Assembly: GCA_024404275.1 (NCBI GenBank)
Contig: JAKSQG010000002.1
Span: forward strand, 1 to 31,623
Reading direction: 5' to 3'
DNA length: 31,623 nucleotides
Origin: Clostridia bacterium
GTDB taxonomy: Bacteria; Bacillota; Clostridia; Christensenellales; Aristaeellaceae
Shown here piece by piece: positions 28,052 to 31,623 of this stretch. How positions within the stretch are numbered: position 1 is the first letter of the stretch; each line of letters begins with the position of its first letter. Below the pieces are notes generated by a model. The model did not search any database. It was not told where the DNA came from and saw nothing but the letters and a program-made list of their open reading frames with translations. Position numbers and translations under genes: made by a program.

Positions 28052-28954
28052 TCAGAACAGGTCGAGCATGCTGTCCAGATAGATCTCTTCCCGCACGGTG
28101 AGTTGGTATTCGGGACGGACCAGATAGTACAAAAGCATTTCCAGCACAACGGCGCTGCCCAGACCGCGGCCTTCGATCTTGAACTGGTCAAAGCCCAACG
28201 GCAGATAGGTATCGCGGATGTCTTCGTTGCTGATGAAAGCGGGGGAGGCCATAGCCCGGGAGAAGCGGTAGCCGCCGCCGGCGGTGTAGGGGCAGAGATG
28301 CTCGGCCGATTCGCCCAGACTTTTGCGGCTGACCGTTTCATAGCAGGCTTTGCGCTCCGCACAGCGGATGTCGCAGCACTCGTTGACCAGGAACTCGACT
28401 TTGTCCCTCTGCGGCTGTGTGAGGGTCTGCCAGCGGTCAAACGCTTTGTTCAGCCGGAAATCGGGCACCACATAAGCAAATTCGGGGCGGTTCAGCTCCT
28501 TGACGCAGTCGTCAAAACCCGTCAGCACCTTGGTGGTGGAGGAGACAAAATACATCGAGGGATAGCGCTGCCGCAGCTCCTGCAGCAGAAGATCGGAGTG
28601 CACGATGACGCCGCTCGGAACGCGGCTTTTTTCAAACAGTCTGCACAGGGCGTGACAGCGGCGGTCGGAAAGATGCTCCTGTTTGAGCAGGGAGTTGGAA
28701 AAGGTCAATCTGGCGGAGATGCCGTATTCTTCTGTCAGGGCAAGCACCTTTTCAGGCACTTCTTCGCCAAAGCCCACACGCCCGCCGCCCCACAGGCAGT
28801 CTGCCGGAGCCCCGTAGAGGGAGGCGATGGCGCACTTTTCATAAAAGAATTCCCGGTGTTCTTTGTACAGCTTCAAAAAGACGCTGTACAGGTCATAAAA
28901 CTCAAACAGACCCGGCAGATGAAAACAGGCCGTCTGCTTTGGTGCTTTTGTCAT
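28052..28954 (-). CDS. Hypothetical protein, tentatively a peptidase-U32-like TIM barrel
   Basis: The ORF is 300 aa with an AGGGAGG RBS. The FKIEGRG motif is reminiscent of the U32 family (recalled, not verified). Stop codon is TGA. Confidence 0.7.
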   Translation of the reverse strand: MTKAPKQTACFHLPGLFEFYDLYSVFLKLYKEHREFFYEKCAIASLYGAPADCLWGGGRVGFGEEVPEKVLALTEEYGISARLTFSNSLLKQEHLSDRRCHALCRLFEKSRVPSGVIVHSDLLLQELRQRYPSMYFVSSTTKVLTGFDDCVKELNRPEFAYVVPDFRLNKAFDRWQTLTQPQRDKVEFLVNECCDIRCAERKACYETVSRKSLGESAEHLCPYTAGGGYRFSRAMASPAFISNEDIRDTYLPLGFDQFKIEGRGLGSAVVLEMLLYYLVRPEYQLTVREEIYLDSMLDLF

Positions 28955-29095
28955 CCGATTGCCGCCTCCCTTTGCCTGTCTATCGTATCATTCCGCCGGC
29001 GGATGCGCAAGCGGAACGGCGATAAAAAACCGTCTCCGGTGCTCAGGGTGTGTAAATCCTGCTGCGGGGTATAGCCATTTGACCGGGGAATGTGT

Positions 29096-29101
29096 TATAA
29101 T
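29096..29101 (+). promoter_or_regulatory. Candidate extended -10 (TGtTATAAT) for the CotH gene
   Basis: tgtgtTATAATaag lies about 55 nt upstream of ATG 29158. The -35 (TAGCCA at 17-nt spacing) is weak. Confidence 0.45.
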
Positions 29102-29157
29102 AAGCTGCAAACCGATTTTTTTCTGCCGCAAGGCTTTTTGGATAAAGGAGATTCAGT

Positions 29158-31623
29158 ATGGCCAATTCCCGCAGCCGCCGCAGTTCCCGCAGCGTGGGAC
29201 GCTTTGATTACAGGGCGCTGACACTGATCGTGTTTTCTTTTGTGATGCTTCTGTTCATCATCATCGGTCCCAAGACCCCTGTCCACCGCGCACTCAACGC
29301 GACGGGTGATGGGGAAGGCTCCTGGGAAGGGCTGGTCATCAGCGAAGTGATGAGCGATAACGAATCCGCCCTGCCCGATGAGAACGGCACCTTCTGCGAC
29401 TGGCTGGAGATCTGGAACAGCAGCGACGAGGTGATCAGCCTTGAAAATGTTTCACTGTCCAACCGTTCCGACCGCAGCAAATTCATCTTTCCCGCTCAGG
29501 TGCTGGCGCCCGGTGAAAAGGTGATCGTTTACTGCGACAGCGTCAACCGCAACACCGCGGGCGAGGCGTACCACGCCAAGTTCAAGCTGTCCAGTCTTGG
29601 CTGCACGGTGTTCATGTTTGACCCGAGCGGCAAGCAGATCGATTCCGTCACCGTGCCCACGCTCAACACCAACGAATCCTACAGCCGCATGGAGGATGGC
29701 CGCTTTGAGGTGACCGACCTGTACAGCCCCGGCTACCCCAACACCGAGGATGGTCACATCCTGTATCTGGCCAACTACACCATTGAGGCCGATACCCTGT
29801 ACATCAACGAAGTCATGGCCGCTCCCCGCAGCGGACTTCGTGACGAGGACGGCGAATTGTCCGACTGGCTGGAATTGTACAACGCCAGCAATGAGCGCAT
29901 CTATCTGCGCAACTATGCCCTGTCCAATAACGGTGCCAAGCTGCTCAAGTGGTTCTTCCCCGATGACGCCTACATTGAGCCCGGTCAGTACTATGTGGTG
30001 TTCTGCTCCGGCAAGGACCGGGACGGCGCCGAGACGGGCTATCCCCACACCAATTTCCGCCTGTCCGCCGAGAAGGAGACCATCTACCTGTCCAACCGTC
30101 TGGGCAGCCTTGTGGATGTGATGACATGGGACAACCTGTCGGTCGACTGCAGCTACGGCCGTGTGCCCGGCAGCAACGCCCGTCAGGTGTTCACCCTGGC
30201 TACCCCCGGCGCCCCCAACAACAGCGAGGGCGCCGCGCTGGCGGATAAGTACCTGCGCGCCATCAACAAGACGGGCATCTACATCACCGAGGTGATGAGC
30301 TCCAACGATGTCATCAAGGCGGCTTCCGACTCCCCCAACAAGGACTGGGTCGAATTGTACAACAGCACCACCGCCGCGGTCGATGTCAGCGGCTGGGGGC
30401 TTTCCGACAACATCAACTGGCCCCGCAAGTGGCAGTTTCCCGAGGGCACGGTGCTGTGGCCCGGTCAGTACAAGATCGTCATGCTGGACGGCGCCGATGG
30501 CGTCTCCGCGGGCGGTACGTTGCATACCTCCTTTCGTCTGCTGCGCGCGGGCGGCGAAGTGATCACCCTTTCCGATGCCACAGGCTATGTGCTGGATAAG
30601 ATCGCGCTGCCGCTGATTCCCACCGATTACAGCTATGGCCGCACATTGGGGTTGGGCTCTTTTTTTTATTATGATACCCCCACACCCGGCGGCGCCAACG
30701 GCACGGGCTTTGGCGGCTTCACCGAGGCCCCCGCGTTTATGACCCGCGGCGGTCTGTTCTCCTCCAACGTAGAGGTGGAGATCGTGGTGCCCGCGGGAAC
30801 CACCGTGCGCTACACTACCGACGGCACCGTGCCCACGGTCAATAACGGCACCGTCTACACCGGTCCCTTTACCATTACCGGCACCACCGCTGTGCGCGCC
30901 CGTGCCTTTGTGGGCGGCGACCGCAAACCCTCCGACACCATCACAGCGACGTACGTGCTCAAGACCTATTACTCCCTGCCTGTGGTGTGCCTCGTGACCG
31001 ACCCCGACAATCTGTGGAACGAATCCACCGGCATTTTTGCCGCGGGCGCGGGCATTGACCTGGCCAGCTACAGCTACATTCCCTTCAAGCACCCCTCGCC
31101 CGTGTACCGCATTCAGAAGGAAGCAGGCGTCAAGGTCAGCTCCTACGCCGAGATGTACCGTCAGGGCGAGACCGACCCCGTGTTCAGTCAGGGCGTCGAA
31201 ATCGGCATCATCGGTCAGTACTCACTGGATATGCCGCAAAAATCCATCAAGATCCACGCAAAGGCGCGCTACGGCAGCAAGTATATCAACGGCGCCGTGT
31301 TTGAGGACAGACCCTTTACCCAGTACCGCGCGCTGGTGCTGCGCAACAGCGGCAACGACTGCGTGTGGACGCGCATGGTGGACGGCGTGCAGAGCCGCCT
31401 CGCCGACAAGATCGGCACCACTGTGGTGCATCAGGCGTGGCAGCCCGTCATCGTTTACATCAACGGTCAGTACTGGGGGCACTACAACCTGCGTGAGCGC
31501 GTGGGCGAATACATGGTCGCCCAGCACGAGGGCGTGCCGCTCAATGAAGCCAAGTCCATCGACGTGCTGGAGAGCAACGGTACCTCCAAATCGCAGATCA
31601 ACAACGGTTCCAACGAGGAGTGG
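29158..31623 (+). CDS. Membrane-anchored CotH-family protein with three lamin-tail domains (LTD), 3'-truncated by the window edge
   Basis: The frame is open from ATG 29158 (AAAGGAG RBS) to the window end, 822 codons. It is absent from the ORF track because it has no stop inside the window. It starts with an Arg/Ser-rich N-terminus and a TM segment (LTLIVFSFVMLLFIIIG). Three LTD-like repeats follow (SEVM...DWLEIWN, NEVM...DWLELYN, TEVM...DWVELYN). The C-terminal region is CotH-like (LRNSGND...YINGQYWGHYNLRER). Confidence 0.85.
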   Translation, partial: MANSRSRRSSRSVGRFDYRALTLIVFSFVMLLFIIIGPKTPVHRALNATGDGEGSWEGLVISEVMSDNESALPDENGTFCDWLEIWNSSDEVISLENVSLSNRSDRSKFIFPAQVLAPGEKVIVYCDSVNRNTAGEAYHAKFKLSSLGCTVFMFDPSGKQIDSVTVPTLNTNESYSRMEDGRFEVTDLYSPGYPNTEDGHILYLANYTIEADTLYINEVMAAPRSGLRDEDGELSDWLELYNASNERIYLRNYALSNNGAKLLKWFFPDDAYIEPGQYYVVFCSGKDRDGAETGYPHTNFRLSAEKETIYLSNRLGSLVDVMTWDNLSVDCSYGRVPGSNARQVFTLATPGAPNNSEGAALADKYLRAINKTGIYITEVMSSNDVIKAASDSPNKDWVELYNSTTAAVDVSGWGLSDNINWPRKWQFPEGTVLWPGQYKIVMLDGADGVSAGGTLHTSFRLLRAGGEVITLSDATGYVLDKIALPLIPTDYSYGRTLGLGSFFYYDTPTPGGANGTGFGGFTEAPAFMTRGGLFSSNVEVEIVVPAGTTVRYTTDGTVPTVNNGTVYTGPFTITGTTAVRARAFVGGDRKPSDTITATYVLKTYYSLPVVCLVTDPDNLWNESTGIFAAGAGIDLASYSYIPFKHPSPVYRIQKEAGVKVSSYAEMYRQGETDPVFSQGVEIGIIGQYSLDMPQKSIKIHAKARYGSKYINGAVFEDRPFTQYRALVLRNSGNDCVWTRMVDGVQSRLADKIGTTVVHQAWQPVIVYINGQYWGHYNLRERVGEYMVAQHEGVPLNEAKSIDVLESNGTSKSQINNGSNEEW
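29331..30660 (+). repeat. Three tandem protein-level repeats (lamin-tail domains, period about 158 codons)
   Basis: Repeat starts lie near 29331, 29798 and 30278. Each has the x-I-x-EVM...(D/K)DW(L/V)E(I/L)(W/Y)N(S/A)(S/T) pattern followed by ...SF/NFRLS.... Confidence 0.7.

Overview
This 31.6-kb window looks like chromosomal DNA from a high-GC Firmicute, probably a Clostridia or Oscillospirales-type organism; that assignment is an inference from gene content and GGAGG ribosome-binding sites. Positions 1-17880 are read almost entirely on the minus strand. They carry a BadF-type ATPase, leuS, a spermidine-synthase-like methyltransferase, a GldG/ABC-2/DUF4340 transporter operon, an HD-domain gene, the conserved plsX-acpP-rnc-smc-ftsY cluster, a HAD hydrolase and a small SRP RNA (ffs). 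From 18081 the genes switch to the plus strand: an FMN riboswitch in front of a CUT1-type ABC importer plus a TIM-barrel isomerase-like gene, a yybP-ykoY (Mn) riboswitch in front of mntP plus a CaCA antiporter, adenine deaminase, murA and a J-domain/TPR protein. These are followed by a minus-strand U32-like gene and a large 3'-truncated CotH protein with three lamin-tail domains. I found no CRISPR array, tRNA, rRNA or mobile element. The key observation is that TAG behaves as a sense codon. Eight in-frame TAG codons sit inside five conserved genes: smc, ftsY, murA (three), the methyltransferase (two) and the HAD hydrolase. Conserved protein sequence continues in the same frame on both sides of each TAG. 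No in-frame TGA or TAA and no frameshift occurs in any gene. All 24 gene ends I could place use TGA (15) or TAA (9), and none uses TAG. The standard-code ORF track therefore splits these genes artificially. This points to a UAG stop-to-sense reassignment, with Glu or Gln the best guess for the encoded residue, and it needs genome-wide confirmation (tRNA-CUA, RF1 status, read support).
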